Shown piece by piece: positions 1-13,283 of a stretch of 64,000 bases of DNA. A program made the translations under genes and the position numbers. The DNA is taken from the NCBI GenBank assembly GCA_012295275.1, contig CM022672.1:11966001-12030000 (forward strand). The letters are read 5' to 3'. Positions within the stretch are counted from its first letter, which is position 1, and every line of letters starts with the position of its first letter. The stretch comes from Chrysomallon squamiferum. Its lineage: Eukaryota > Animalia > Mollusca. Below the pieces are notes generated by a model that made no database searches, had not been told where the DNA came from, and saw nothing but the letters and a program-made list of their open reading frames with translations.

Positions 1-413
1 TAGAGGTGGTTGTTTTACATGGTCAAGCAGATGTTTCAAATATTAACATGAACAGGACCATTATTCATCACAGAGGACCTCCTGGAAGGAACTATCTTCT
101 GAAAGCATCTGTTACAATATTTCAGAGTGACAAAATGCCTTTATATTTTTTAATGTGCTCTGATGTTGTTTCAGAGATGGGCTGATAAAGTGTGCTGGTT
201 GTAATCATTTCATACTGAGAAAAGCAAATATAGATAATATATAACCAAAGTCAGAGAGGAAAAAAAAAAAAAAAAACGAAAGCCATTTCAAGATTAATAT
301 CTAATTTTAGAAAATTTTTGCTTAGTGTCAAAGCAGATTTGAACATGGCTGTAAATGCTTTTAAAAAAAAAAAAAAAATGTTCTCTTTATTTTTGTAAGA
401 AACAATATGCATA

Positions 414-414
<1 letters not shown>

Positions 415-454
<40 letters not shown>
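415..454. repeat. (TG)n microsatellite
   Basis: Perfect TG run read directly. Confidence 0.97.
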
Positions 455-457
<3 letters not shown>

Positions 458-1150
458 AAGTATATATGTATTTATTTATATTTGTATGTATCTGTGTATG
501 AATATTTCATAAGATTTATTGATTGTATTTTGTATAATATATATATATAGAGAGAGAAATCATGGTACAATTTCTAACCTTTACAAACACCTAAACAAAT
601 ACTCACATGTACTTCTTAAAATAAATTTTTCTCTTTTAAGTATTAAGTATGATTTATACCATTAAGGACACATATTTTCAAAGCTAGTAAATATTTAAGA
701 TACTAAAGTTGAATGTTAATAGCTGAAACATATTTTTCTAAATACACAGAGTAAAATAATGAAAATTAATCTCATTTTCCTAGAAAAGAAACCTGAACAT
801 TTAAAACAAACATTTAATTTCAAAATCCACTCTCCTATTGCTGTCCCACAAATATTTTCTTAACAAGAAATATTTAAACTACCAAAAATTCACAGAACTG
901 GAAAGGAAAATATAAAAAATATCAAATATTTTTGAAACATATCTACTGGCGAGGTTTGAAACGACAACCTATCACTCATCAGTTGACCTTACTAAGTTGC
1001 ACACTAATAAACCTCATTGTGATGATATTTTCTTTTACACGGAGAATATTTTTACAGATCTGGTCAAAATGCGAGCAGTATGAGACGAGAGAATGTGCAC
1101 CCCAACTCTTCAAGATGTCCGTCATTCCACAGGATTTATAGCCCTCTTAC

Positions 1151-1232
1151 TGTGTTTTCTTTCTGTTTGCATTTTGGCATCGTATCTTTTTTGGCATGCA
1201 GATAAAAGCTGTTGTTTCACCCTGTACATCAT
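1151..1232 (-). CDS. Candidate 82-nt internal exon (MMYRVKQQLLSACQKRYDAKMQTERKH in phase 0)
   Basis: Minus strand: ttgac..tcccttcttctccc..caacAG acceptor (AG at 1234-1233), stop-free phase-0 frame, donor ca|GTAAGA (GT at 1150-1149). No homology recognised. Confidence 0.25.
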
Positions 1233-1801
1233 CTGTTGATAGGGTTTTTATTGGTGGGAGAAGAAGGGATGTCAAAAACTAAAAACAAGAAGAAAAAAAA
1301 AAAGTGTCGTAAAAGTTGATATTTGGTTACTGGCTAGGACACTGGTGATTGAGATGGGGTGTTAAAGCAAATCACAGATTCACACCCTGGAAGTGATTTA
1401 CATGCTTTCCTCTGGTTCCATGGTTCCCCTGGTTTTTGTAATGATGTCTCTATTTTGTCATTTCTAAAACTAATTCAAACCCAAGACATTATTTGAATGT
1501 TTTATGTAAGCATTACTATTTTTTCATTTTTCTTTTATGTTATTGTAAACTTTAAAATTACAAATATTAATAAGATCTGTAGGATAATGGGAAGAGTAAA
1601 ACAGAAACATTCAAAAGTGGCAGTCAATGAACAAATATGAGATATATGTGTCTGTGTGTTTGTATCTGTGTATTTATGAATACATCAATGAACAAAAAGG
1701 TAAATGCAATGATTCTGAGATAACATATTCTTTAAACTGAATAAGTGAACCATTTCTAAAAATCACTTTGAGAATTTTAACCAAAAAAACCCCAAAAATA
1801 A

Positions 1802-1839
<38 letters not shown>

Positions 1840-2330
1840 AATTAATAATATAAAAAAACACAACTACACTATAACTAATTAAAAACAATATTTAAAGTTA
1901 ATATTTTTATTTTTGTTGTCAGTATATGGAAAATAACACAAAAAATATATATATTCTTCTCCGTAACTCTGTACAGCTTAAACCATCAATAAAAAACAAA
2001 AAAACAACAAATGTAATCCACATGTAAAAAGAACACACACCACATTATTATTAACATGACCTGCAATGAGATCACACTTAAATGCACATTCAGTGTTTTC
2101 TCTAGTGTTTACATATTATTACAAACGTGTTTACACTATGTGAAAAAACCATCAGGCATTTTAATACCTCGTTTCTATTAAACATATTATTTTGCCAACA
2201 ACTTCCCACAGGGACCATTTTCACATCCCGAAAGGAAGGGTGAGACATTTCCTGAATCACTTCAGATCAAAGCATCTCAACAGACTGGGCTTTCCCTCCC
2301 CAGTATGTGTGCCTCGTTTGTTTATTTTAC

Positions 2331-2417
2331 CTGGGAATGTTTGGCCACTTTCCTATAGTGTTGTAAAGTGAAACGTTGTGAAGACGTTGTAGAGAGGGTG
2401 GCGGAGTGCTGCCACAT
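2331..2417 (-). CDS. Candidate coding exon MWQHSATLSTTSSQRFTLQHYRKVAKHSQ (first coding exon or 3' part of an internal exon)
   Basis: Minus strand: accATG at 2417-2415, 29 open codons ending exactly at CAG|GTAAAA (phase 0). GC-rich and CpG-retaining. Upstream acceptors tatctctgtgtttAG (exon start 2467) and atttcacAG (exon start 2551). Confidence 0.45.
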
Positions 2418-3934
2418 GGTCAGGCCGTGATCTCCGTCAGAGAGGCAGTCGTCAACACAATGACTTTCTAAACACAGAGATACTCTTGACGAATCCAGGC
2501 TGGGGCACTCAGTGGGAATACTTTTTCAACCAGCTGGCTATGGTACCATCACTGTGAAATGGATGTGCACATTTTTTTTCTCTTTTTTTTTTCTTCTTAC
2601 TTCTTTTTCTTCTTCTTTTTATTATTATTATTATCATTTTTTTTAATTCATTTTTTTTTAAAGAAAAGTTTGTAAGAAAATATTATTTTCAAATGATATT
2701 TTAAAATTTTATATTTATTAATTATGATAATAATTATTATAATAATTATCTTTAAATATTATTTATTTATTTGTATTTATTTATTATTTTATCTGTTATT
2801 ATTATTATCATTTAGCATTTGTAAAATATTCCTAAAAAACATTAAATAAATAATTAATTAATTAAATATAATAATAATAAATATTATTAATATTATTAAT
2901 AACAATGTTTATTATAATTATTATTGTTCATCTTCTTCTTCTTTTTGTATGCATGTATCCATGTTCAATTTAATCTAGTTCAATTAAAACCTATTTTTAT
3001 TATAATCACCTGTCATATGAGAACAAGCATATTGCTGTGATGTGTATATCTCATTTATAAATACCAACACCTAGTAAACAGTATCAAGTGGCAAAGATAA
3101 AGACAAGAACCATACATATAAAATAATTAGTCTTGTTCAAATATTAACATTTAATATGCTTATATATCATTTTATGGGACATATACAATTATCATGGGCA
3201 CAGAAAAACAATTCTGAGAATTTCAAATATTATCCATATGCAGAACATCAAATCAATGTTTATCAAACATCTGACCAAAATGAAACAGTTAAGAACTCAG
3301 TAACAGAAACTTAGAATTCTCCAATGGTGATGTTCTCAAAGTTGACTGAACAGTAAATGTGACAGCAAATTTTTGTACCTCCACAAAATATTAAGAAATC
3401 AAAGTCATAGAGAAAGTACAACGAAAATAATTCTAACCATTTTAATGGTTGACAACTGATTGTGTATTTGGTTATCCACCATCTATTCAAGTCATACAGA
3501 AAATTTCCTTTATATTAACTTTTTTTCCCTAATTTTGGTTTTCATTTCTTTCGAACATTTTCAGTTATTTGTAACAGAATTTGAAATCAGCATCTTGCTA
3601 CTTTTGGAACCATAATTCATAATTGTTTTTTCTCCAACCCAAACAGAACCTTCAGTAGGAAGAAAAAGGGGAGATAAGCATACCCAGATGTCTTGAGAAT
3701 TCTACTCTATATCTCTTTTTCTTTTTCTTTTTTTTTTTCTCCTTCGGATATTTTTCCTTTTTCTAAGAGCTATTTTCCATTATTTTCTATAGTGGTAAAC
3801 TGAAAGCACATGTTCTGAGTACCTTCTGTGTACACTGTGGTGTCAGTCAGTGACTTTCAGTTACTTTCTGTCTTAACAAGGCAAAGGTATCTCTCTGTAC
3901 AAAGTCTGCAGTGGGAACTCTGGTATTAGAGATA

Positions 3935-4760
3935 AGTAAAGACCAGTAATGGTCAGGGGTCAACTTTACAGGTGGGAGAAAGGTGGGGAAAAAAAAGTAG
4001 GTGAGAAGCTGGGCATCAAGTCCACATCAGATATTAATGTTGTCATGGTATTATTCAATCATGATGTGACATTTTGCAATAGAATTCTGATATTAATGAA
4101 ATGAAAAACAAATGGAATTCTGCAGATGGGAGATGATATGGGTATCAGTTTCACACCCACTGATCCTAATATTAACATTATCATAGTATTATTCAGTCAG
4201 GGCAATGATGATATTAATGAAAAGAAAAATCTACAATGGTAACAGGTCAGTTGTACAGGTAAAAGATGTATAGGTGAAAAGATGTGTATAATGTCCTAAC
4301 CAATTAATTCTAATACTAATGTTGTTAGAGTTAAATGTTGGATACTCTCCCACTATTATTTAATGATATTGTAACAGTGAGCTATGGAACTGTAATATTA
4401 ATGGAAAGGCAAGAGGTCAATTTTACAGGTGGGAGACAGGTGAAAATATATAAGTATGTTCTCACTACACATCAAGTGTGGATCAAATAATCCTACTTTT
4501 AATATTAAAATTTAGATGCCACCATAAAATTTATTATTCAATGATGTGGTGATATTTTGCCATAGAAATTTAATATTAATGGAAAGGAAAGACTGCCTAA
4601 ACAGAGGTCAACTTTACAGGTGTAAAACAGGTAAAATGCAGGTCAATTCTTACTAAGCATTATCTAAATCAGTTAATCCTAACATTAATCTTGTTACCAA
4701 TCAAATGTTGTCAAGGTGTTATGCTATTATGTACAGCTGTTTGGAACTTTGACATTTATG
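3935..4760. repeat. Degenerate tandem repeat, about 5 units of 130-190 bp
   Basis: Recurrent ggtcaa(c/t)tttacaggtg (about 3958, 4415, 4606; variant about 4245), gatattaatg(a/g)aa and ttattcaat..gatgtg blocks. Confidence 0.75.
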
Positions 4761-5729
4761 ACATCATCAATTAATCTTATGCCAAACCATTTCAGAATAT
4801 TCCTCTATTATTCTAATTAATATTCTTTGTAATCCCTTCAATGTTTATTTCTAATCTGTAGGGATTTATCTTTCTTTTTTAATTCTTGTTTTCTAAGATT
4901 TGAAAAAAAAAAAAAAAAAACCCTTACAAAAACTTTATGAGAAGAAAAAAGTGAAAAAGATGAAAAATAAAAACATAAAAACATCAACAACAAAACAAAG
5001 GTTGTAAGGTTTCAGACAGCTATGCAAAAACAAAAATAATAATATTAAGAAAATAAATAAATCTTGAAACAAAAACAAAATTGAAAAAAGATACATAAAC
5101 AAAAAAAAAAAAAAAAAAAAAAAAAATGCTGCAAACAACAATATGTAACATCAGAACACATAATCTGTCATAGTGAATACGCTACACAATAAATATAACA
5201 TGTATTTTAAAAAATTTAAATCAATTGACACTGGAATCAAAACAATTCCATCACAGCGATTTTATTTTTCAAAAAATGCTCTCTCGTTTCAGAAAGAAGA
5301 TTCTAAGACATGTCAGAAATGCTAACTTGTAAGCTGCAACAACTAGCGTTTGTTTGTTAGGATGTTTTTAAAAGTTTTCACAGGAATCCAGGGGCTAGGT
5401 GAGGAAATCAGCACGTCTGTCCATCTGTTTTCTGATTGCAGGGGAATCTCTTCTACATCTTTGCACGAATAAACAACTTCTGCATATGCTCCAGATATTG
5501 AAACAAAAACAACAAATCAAAAAGTTTTTTGTTATTTTTTGTTGATTTTTTTTTTTCTTTCCAATGTCCAAAAAAAAAGAAAGAGAGAGAGAGAGAAAAA
5601 AAAAAACACAGAAAAAAAAATAATTTTGTCTTGTTTTTGTTCCAGCTTTTTTTGTTTTTTCTTTAGAGGAAAAAAAAAGAGAAAAGAAAGTTGTGCTTTT
5701 AAAAAAACATTTTTTAAACAAAAAATATG

Positions 5730-6090
5730 TTGGAGACATTGATATGGTGAGAAGAAGGATGATAAAGAGACAGTGAGAGAGATTGAGAAGGAGAGTGAGA
5801 TTGAGAAAAAGATAGTGAAAGATAGAGAAAGAAAGAAAGAAAGAAAGAGTGTGACTCATGTACAACTGAAGAAAATTTTATTTTTAAAAGTTTTCTTTCT
5901 AGAGATAGAGAGACATGAGGAAGAGAGAAAGAAAGAGAGAGAGAAAGTGGGAGAAAGCAAGAAGAAGAGAGACACACAGACAGAAAGAAAGAGAAGAAAA
6001 GAGAAAATAGGGAAAGAAAAAGGGATAGTGCGAGAAAAATTAGAAACAGAAAAAAGTAAAATCAACCAATACAAAATGGAAGAAAAGAAA
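5730..6090. repeat. Purine-rich (GA/GAAA) low-complexity tract
   Basis: Almost pure A/G on the + strand; explains the K/E/R- and F/L/S-rich ORFs here. Confidence 0.9.
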
Positions 6091-7210
6091 TGTTAAGTTT
6101 ATTATTATTTTTTTTTTTTTTAAATTGCAAAGAGATGTTAGAAATGGTAATAAAAATTTGATTCCTAAGGGCAAAACTTGTGCTCTGACAGTTCTGAATT
6201 TTTGGTTAATGTCACTGCTAAAAGAAACTTCCTCAGAAAACGGAAATGGATCCTGTGAAGGAATGCCCAACTACTGTGTTATTTCACTATATAAATATAC
6301 ACACACTTCCACACATCCCTTTATTTTCAGAAAAAATTCCTCCTCACTGCAGTCAATGCCTTTCACAGCAACAATTGTGAATTTTCATGTAAACTTTGCA
6401 TACACCGTGACTAATTTTTCACATTCGTTTAAATCAGTCTCAGGTTTCTTATCTCCAGATTTATATTTTCAAGGAAGTCATTTGCTGTAATTTGATTTTG
6501 TAGAAAATCAGAAGAAATTAGAAAACAACATTTAAAAGTGACATATGAAGAACTAAATGATTTTTGAAAAGAATTCTTGACATTTTTACACTCTGATTTG
6601 GTGTTCATGTATGTTGCAGTAAATCACAGTAAATCTGAAAACAAATTTAAAAAGTGAGACTTGAAGAAATGTCATGGTTTTCATAAAAAAGTTTTGATAC
6701 CATTCTGATTTACTTTAAGATTTCTTACTAAATTAAGGAATGTTAACTAAGGATTATTTCATGGGTCAGTTTTTACACACACAAACAATGGCATGGATAT
6801 CGATAAATTTCTTACATTTATTAATACAAAGATTTTCTTTTTTATTCATTATATTTTCAACTGCAAACACTATTTTATTTAAGATTTATTAAAAAACAAT
6901 GCATGTTTTCCTGTCATTTATCTCCATACATATTTATTATTATTATTTATATTGAAAACCAAAATAAACAAGAAGTTGTCTTTAAATCATAAATTATTTA
7001 TTTATTTGTTTGTTTGTTTATTATTATTATTTATACATAGCTTTTATTTAGCTTTAGTTCAAGAAAACTCAGTTTCTGATCAACATCACATTTCAAATTA
7101 GGCTTTACAATTTTATACAAAGTAATTAATTAAAAAACAAACTATCTTCAACATAAAGGCATTAACATCATGGATTTTGAGAATAAATTCAAATCATTTT
7201 ATCAGTAAGA

Positions 7211-7490
7211 CATCATCACATTGTTGCAGTACATTAATTGTCAATAGGCTGCAGATAACGTTGTCAACACAGATGCCGATATTCATCACACTGTTGCAGT
7301 ACATTAATTGTCAATACACTGCTGATAAAGTTGTCTATGTAGATGCTGGTACTCATCATGTTGTTGCAGTACATTAATTACTGGCGTGTTGCTGATAACT
7401 GCACTGATGTTGGTGTTGCTGTGAATAAATAAAATGAACTGTCAGACAGTAACTGATGATGTGTTGCTGAATAACTGTAACATTTTGTTG
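7211..7490. repeat. 70-bp tandem repeat, 3 copies with decayed tail
   Basis: catca...tgttgcagtacattaatt at about 7214, 7284 and 7354. Confidence 0.9.
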
Positions 7491-7669
7491 TCAAAGATCA
7501 CAGAATAGTGATGATTAACTTTTTGATGTAGATTTTGTTGTCAAACATCATTAACACGCAAAAAACTGAATAAAAAGAAAAGAAATAAAAAAGAAAAAAA
7601 AGAAAAAAAGAAAGAGAAGAAAGAAACCCCGAAACAAATTGATAAGAAATAACAATAATTTTTGAAAAG

Positions 7670-8065
7670 AACAACAAACAACCAGTCATTTTGTTTACTG
7701 AGATAAAATGAAAATTTCATTCAGCATTATTTATTGTAACAGATGAGTCACTCCAATTGTTTTAAATCAAATAAAGCACATTAAGAGTTTTTTTGTTTTT
7801 TTTAAAGTGTATTCAAGCAGAAACTGATTAAAATGATGACCAGCCAATGTTTTAGGGGGAAGAACAAAAAAACCAGTAACTTTTTTTTTTTACTGAAAAA
7901 TGAAAACTGTAACCAGCATTATTTATTGTTACAGATGATTCACTCAAACTGTTTTAAATCAGAAAAACAAACTTTGTTCTTCAAGCATGTTAAGAGTTTT
8001 ATTTTTAAAAACGTGTGACCAAGCGTGAACTAATTAAAATGATGACTAGCTGATGTTTTGGGAAT
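7670..8065. repeat. Tandem duplication of about 195 bp
   Basis: cagcattatttattgt(a/t)acagatga at 7722 and 7914, each followed by ttaagagtttt and attaaaatgatgac. Confidence 0.9.
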
Positions 8066-8737
8066 GACAAAAAATAAAATAAAATACAAACAAACAAACA
8101 AAATAAAACCTTTCCTAGTGACATATATGATCAGATGTCAAATTGTATAAAAATGAAAATCTTTTCCAATGACCAGGCATGAATTTAAGACATAAACATA
8201 AACACAGATAATGCACCAAACAGTCGAAATAGCAAAGGATTTAGTTTTAGAAGAAATATTTTTTCAGACCGTGTGTCTTGCATTTTGCTCAGCTAACAAG
8301 CCCAATTACTTTTCCAAGGTGGTCTTTTTCTACTTTCCTTCCATTCACATGCTTCATTTAGATGGCTTGCTGTTTTAGTACACTTTTTTATTTATGCTTG
8401 GGATTTCGACTTATATCTCTTTTTTTTTCACTTCAGGAAATAAAACAGAAGTTAAAAATTCCTGGTCGAATTACTTCCACATGATCTGTATACATTACCT
8501 TTGTTTCCAGTTTAATTTTTTTTATTTTTAATATAAATTCAGTTATTTCTAATTCAGCGATTATTTAAATTGTTTCTTTTCATTTCCTGTGATTTTTAAT
8601 AAACTTAATACATTTCCTTTGTTCAAAAAAGGCTTAGATTTAACTGATCCAGACATAATGTCACATACATGAACAAATTCAAAAAAAGAATGAGAAAGAG
8701 AAAGAGAGAAAAGAGAGACAGAGAAAGACACACTATT

Positions 8738-8832
8738 ACACACGCACGCACGCACACAAACACACACACACACACACACACAAACACAGAACAGAAGACA
8801 GTGATAGACATTCAGACAAATTACTAATAATG

Positions 8833-8888
<56 letters not shown>
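8738..8888. repeat. (CA)n and (TG)n microsatellites in inverted orientation
   Basis: CA-rich run 8738-8782 and TG run 8835-8888. Confidence 0.95.
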
Positions 8889-8890
<2 letters not shown>

Positions 8891-9747
8891 TTAGGCATGT
8901 TAACATTTCCTGACCTAAAAACAACAACAAAGAAATATTTCTAGAAATTTCTCAATATTCATTATTCAGACTGAATTTATTTCTGTTTTGTTCTGTTTTA
9001 AAATCTGAATTCCCAGAAATCCTTAAAAATGTATTTAAATACCTTTCATACTGTTCAATTTTGAACCTTTTATTTCCAGAGTTAATTTTAGATTTTTTTT
9101 ATTTTTATTTGTGTGTGTATTATTAAAAGCATAAAAGTACCTCATTAAGATTCTATTAATACATTTCAACATTACATATCACACAGGCATTTAGATGCAT
9201 CTCAATCACAACGTTTAAATTCAGTCATCGCATGCAAGTACATGCAAGTTGGGTATAAAAGTCCACTCTTAATTCCCAGATTTCCCAGAATTTACATCTT
9301 TGATTAATTAAGCATGACAAAGTCATTATCTGCAAACTGCTAGAACATCTGCAGGATTTGCACTGTTTAAATTATTACCAATGGCTGAACTCTGCATGCT
9401 GATTTCCATATATCAAACATTTCCTGTGTAGACTATTTCACTGGAGAAGCCAGGAGATCACACCTTGTTCTAATTGAGTGCCTGTTCCCTTCTTTGAAGC
9501 ACTAATTACTTACACTCCCTCTCTAACAGAGTGGTCCACCCCTCTTCTCTGTATCACCCATAAAATGTGGCAATACTGACACACAGAGGACATTTAATGG
9601 CCTAACCCAGTTTCCTATATCAATGGTATAATCGCTCAGAGATCAAAGGTTGGGTATAAACCTTTCAGAGGAAATCCTATTTAAATGGTTAGAACATCAA
9701 ATACAAGACGGTTGTGAGTAATCTTATATAGTTAACATATTTTGACC

Positions 9748-9778
<31 letters not shown>

Positions 9779-9880
9779 AGATTTGAATATTAAAAATGAC
9801 AGATATAATATTTTTTTTCTTCTTAAATGAAATTAAATACAGAGATTTGAATATTAAAAATGACAGCTATAATATTTTAA
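9779..9880. repeat. Short direct duplication, period 64 bp
   Basis: agatttgaatattaaaaatgacag(a/c)tataatatttt at 9779 and 9843. Confidence 0.9.
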
Positions 9881-9991
9881 TGCTGTTGTTTTTTGGCAGG
9901 GGATGGTGGTTTCTACATTTTTTACCATTCAAATATTTTTAATTTTTTTAATTTAAAAAACAAATTAAAAAACAAATAAAAATAATTAAAA

Positions 9992-10032
<41 letters not shown>

Positions 10033-10974
10033 TAACAATAACAACAATAACTAGTAAACCCAATGAATGATACTACTCAACAAAAAAACAACTGTTATTT
10101 ATGTTTTTGCTATACTATCTCTGTTAGACTTAATAACACTGTTCCTTTCAAAGTCTGTCCATAGCAATCCTGCTAATCGAAACACAATATCTCATTGTAC
10201 AGATACAGCACATTTATTTTCTAATTATCTGTATTATTCTTAACTACATACAAATGTGAATGTACGTGTGTGATGCCATATATCATTCAGTTAATTTCAT
10301 TATTTAAATTAATAAAAGCAAAAACAAAAACAAAAAAATATATGTATATCTTGACATCTTACTTAATGTAGTACACTGCCCTATTCTTAATTTTTTTCTG
10401 TGAGCATTAAAGTGTCTGTGTTGTTTATTATTATTTTGATGCAACCTCTGGTAGAAGAACAATACAAGATTAATGTATCAGACGGTATTTATTAAAATGC
10501 CAAAAATAATGATGACATATTTCATAACTTTGGCTGAATTTATCAGTGCCAAAGAAGTGGGAGTGAATGTACAGTGTCATAATCATATAAGGAAAAACAG
10601 ATTAGAAAAAAAAAATTCACCAAACTGAAAAGAAAAAGCAAATTAAAAAAGAAAAGAAAAATCCTAGTGCAATAGAAAACAAAAATAGAAAACAAAAAAG
10701 AAGAAAGAAAGAAAGAAAAAAAGAAGAGAAAAGAAATACAAGTTTAAAAAATATAAATTTAAGAAATAAAAAAAATGAACAGAGAATATAAGATTTTTAA
10801 GGAAAATTATTGTGTCTTAATAAGTTTAAAATTTTTAAAAGTAATTTTAAATGAAGATAAAATGTAGAATATGCACTTGACTCTGTATTATGTAAGATTA
10901 AGAACTTACTACTTGATGTTTGTGAATAATGGTTGACTTAAAATGTTCTTAGGAACTGTCTCAAATGTTCACTG

Positions 10975-11440
10975 ACTTGTCAAACACTGCATTTAACAAA
11001 TTTTCGCCGAATTTTTTACAAATTTCTGTAACATATTTCACATATTTACTAACCTTGCCAAAAGCTTCGCATATTTAGTAACTAAATTACTGACAAGCAT
11101 CAGATAGTTTAGTCAGCTGGGTGAAGTTATGCAAAATATTAAACTTTTATGACTTCCAATCATAAAATGAATTTTGTGAAACAAAAATATAACAAGTTTT
11201 AATAAGAATTATAGTTACTTAAAACCTTGTCACAATTTTCACAGGTTTTCAATAAAACATATCACATTGTTCACATACTTTGTTTAATACATTACATTTC
11301 TCTCATATGTTTTTCAACATAACAATGTTCACATTTTTTTTTAAAATATTTCTTTAAGACTTGTCACAAATTTTCACATACTTTTGAAACTTGTCACAAA
11401 TTTTCACATATTTACAAAACTCGTCAGAATCTTCACACAC
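10975..11440. repeat. Degenerate ~30-bp tandem repeat
   Basis: acttgtcacaaattttcacata twice at about 11359 and 11389, with decayed copies upstream. Confidence 0.65.
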
Positions 11441-12269
11441 ACATATATATATATGTATATGAACATTTCTCACATGCTGGATACAAGTCAGGATTTCGCA
11501 AACAACTTCTCTTTACATCTGAACTGATTCTCTCATCCACCAAACACTCGAGTCTCACACGTTTCTGCTAATTGTACAGTTTTCTTGGTACACCACACCT
11601 CACCCACTGCTTAGCTAACTGTCCCCTGTGCCTACTTCAACTGCCCAACAGCTTTTAAAGTAGCCTGGGAGTGCTAATTAGCCCCTCCTAGTTAACAATG
11701 TCCAGTGACAAATGCTTTTCTGATGACTGTCAAATGAATAGCTTGAATGCTGGTTAATATACGATTGGTCAGTCTGTGATGAATATTGTCTGCAGAGAGT
11801 TGTTTATGTGTAGCAATTCATCTTCATGAAGAAAAGGTATCAAAGACATGGATATAATTATGTAATTGCTGTTTTTTTGTGGGGGTTTTTAAGTCATAAA
11901 TAATTTTGGAAAATGTGTCAGGTGATTAAATGAATTGTCTTTAATGTTGTTGTTGTGTGTTAAATAATTTGGGATTAAAAGTGTAATAATTTTTAAAATA
12001 TTACATCAAAAATAAAACATATTATTATTATTACTAACAACACACACACACTCATATATATATATTTAATTATAAAAATAAACAGAAAACTATGCATGTC
12101 TTTTGACTTTTTTATAATTTTTTCTGTGTTGTTTCTATGGGTCAGTGTGTTTTGTGTAAATATAATTTCTATTACTACCAAACTTAGATTGAATAGTCTG
12201 ATATAGTTTGGCTCAGCCTCAGTGAATTTGGTAATTCTTACCTCCACTGGATAATGCTAATGTCTTAAC

Positions 12270-12277
12270 CTCTCTCT

Positions 12278-12348
<71 letters not shown>
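12270..12348. repeat. Compound (CT)n(GT)n microsatellite
   Basis: Read directly. Confidence 0.97.
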
Positions 12349-12349
<1 letters not shown>

Positions 12350-13283
12350 TGTGAGTTAAATAAAATTAAGTTAGATGAATGTAAACTCTATGTTTTTCTT
12401 TTAAAAATACTCTGTTTTTCTAATGTCATATTAACATACCTGACACTTCAAAAATATCAAACACTTTAAAACCTTCATAAGCATAAGATTTCTTCAAGAG
12501 GAAGTCAAACAAACTTTATTTAATGTCTGATCCTGTTTAAGCAGCCACATTCTTCAGCCTTTCACAGCAGAGTGTCTCTCTCATATTTATAGACACACAC
12601 CAGTAGAGATTTGTGCATTCTGTAAATACTGATACAAAATTACCTGGTAACAATATGCTCTTTAAACCACCAGGCGAAAGCTTTACTCTGGTATAACCCT
12701 CATATCTACACTTCCAATAATGAAGACAATGACATCAAAGATAGTAACTGAGCTGCAATCAGTGAAGCTATGATGCCATTTAAATGGCAGTTGTGGACCT
12801 ATTTGACAGACTGCAGCATTAATATCAACAATAACATTGTAGACCATAATACTGTGTATTTGTTTCATACTATAGCTGCAATCCATTTTTATTATTTTTA
12901 TTTTTACTTTTTTTTTAATTATCAGTTATAAGGATTATAACTTCACTCAGCAACTTCAGAACATTTACCAATAAAGTTTTTATCATCATACTTCAAAATA
13001 ATTAATTGTGAGGGTTATTCAGCAACTTCAAGGCATATACCAATAAAGATTTTAGTATCATGCTTTGTAAGCAACTCAATTTTTTGTCCTCAAAATGATT
13101 AACAATGAGGTTATCCTTTCACACAGTGATCTCCAGTACAGCTTTCTGCATTTTCTGTGGATATAACTGATTTTTTTTCAAAACTGTCAGTTATGACAAT
13201 TTCAGACGACATACCAGTCAAGATCATATGCATGCCTCAAACATAAACACAACAAACCCGGTGACACTCAGCTCTTTAAAAAT

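Noticed and set aside
3-152. 49-codon open frame at the window start (EVVVLHGQADVS...)
   Set aside because: Truncated, unrecognisable and within chance length.
2525-2536. ttcaaccagctg, identical to the 3' half of miR-133
   Set aside because: Seed (ttggtcc) absent and no precursor hairpin.
4935-6096. Cluster of overlapping ORFs up to 156 aa
   Set aside because: Translations of poly(A/T) and GA-rich tracts. The same applies to most F/L/K/HT/CV-rich ORFs in the track.
7833-8053. ATGATGA (C-box) and CTGA motifs suggesting snoRNA
   Set aside because: Lie within a local duplication; spacing and terminal stem do not fit a C/D snoRNA.
12239-12270. Strong minus-strand donor GAG|GTAAGA, possible microexon (a similar GAG|GTAAGT lies at 43964)
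   Set aside because: No polypyrimidine tract or ORF context; both abut microsatellites.
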